A stretch of 33,708 bases of DNA from an uncultured Oscillospiraceae bacterium (GTDB lineage Bacteria; Bacillota; Clostridia; Oscillospirales; Oscillospiraceae). How positions within the stretch are numbered: position 1 is the stretch's first letter; every line of letters begins with the position of its first letter. The notes below the pieces were generated by a model. That model ran no database searches, had not been told where the DNA came from, and saw only the letters and a program-made list of their open reading frames with translations. Below are positions 33,474 through 33,708 of the stretch, piece by piece. The DNA is taken from positions 1 to 33,708 of the forward strand of contig CAZWKZ010000001.1 of NCBI GenBank assembly GCA_964633935.1, given 5' to 3'. The position numbers and the translations under genes were made by a program.

Positions 33474-33708
33474 TTGGATACTAAACGGTTAGCAAAATTT
33501 CTTATAATTACATTTGTTATTACATGGATAGCCTGGTCTGGACTTGCTGTGTTAACGAGTTTCAATATTATCCCATTTTCGCATCCTTTGGGCACTATGT
33601 TACATATTATAGGAGGATTCGGACCGACAATCGCAACTTTCTTTGTCTTAGAAGGAAAAAACACGGTTAAATCTATATTAAATTTTATTTTTGGGTATAG
33701 AAAGAAAT
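33474..33708 (+). CDS. Probable CPBP (CAAX protease/Abi) family membrane protein, N-terminal part (runs off the right edge; absent from ORF track)
   Basis: AAGGAG RBS, TTG start. MDTKRLAKFLIITFVITWIAW...IIGGFGPTIA...ILNFIF is open to the window end. The catalytic region is not visible. Confidence 0.6.
   Translation, partial: MDTKRLAKFLIITFVITWIAWSGLAVLTSFNIIPFSHPLGTMLHIIGGFGPTIATFFVLEGKNTVKSILNFIFGYRKK

Noticed and set aside
33329-33664. 111-aa minus-strand ORF
   Set aside because: It is antisense to an RBS-supported plus-strand membrane-protein gene starting at 33474.
1-33708. CRISPR arrays, tRNA/rRNA genes, transposases, phage or defence genes
   Set aside because: I found no regularly spaced repeats, cloverleafs or mobility/defence motifs by eye. 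Nearly all sequence is explained by the listed genes.

Overview
High-GC, Clostridia-like (probably gut Oscillospiraceae-type) chromosomal window with sigma-A promoters and a SAM-I riboswitch. Left to right: (1) the 5' part of metK under an S-box riboswitch, a rhomboid/Derlin-like membrane protein with a C-terminal Zn finger, a divergent TetR/extended-SDR pair and a CYTH (CyaB-like) gene. (2) A five-gene minus-strand operon, FGGY kinase - MFS transporter - class III (GSA-aminomutase-like) PLP enzyme - form IV RuBisCO-like protein - MtnX-like HAD phosphatase. A TetR gene is divergent from it and a 40-bp palindrome covers its promoter. I cannot match this combination to a characterised pathway, and it is the best candidate for an undescribed system. 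(3) A ~21-kb LacI-associated Gram-positive polysaccharide utilisation locus (GH43, two GH94 phosphorylases, GH95, ABC transporter, YesL, GH31, GH42, beta-lactamase-fold esterase). Its enzyme set matches cytoplasmic, phosphorolytic breakdown of fucosylated/acetylated xyloglucan oligosaccharides. (4) An abrupt AT-rich tail with a Nudix hydrolase and the start of a CPBP/Abi-type membrane protein. I saw no CRISPR array, tRNA, rRNA or transposase. All family calls come from motif recognition by eye, not database searches.
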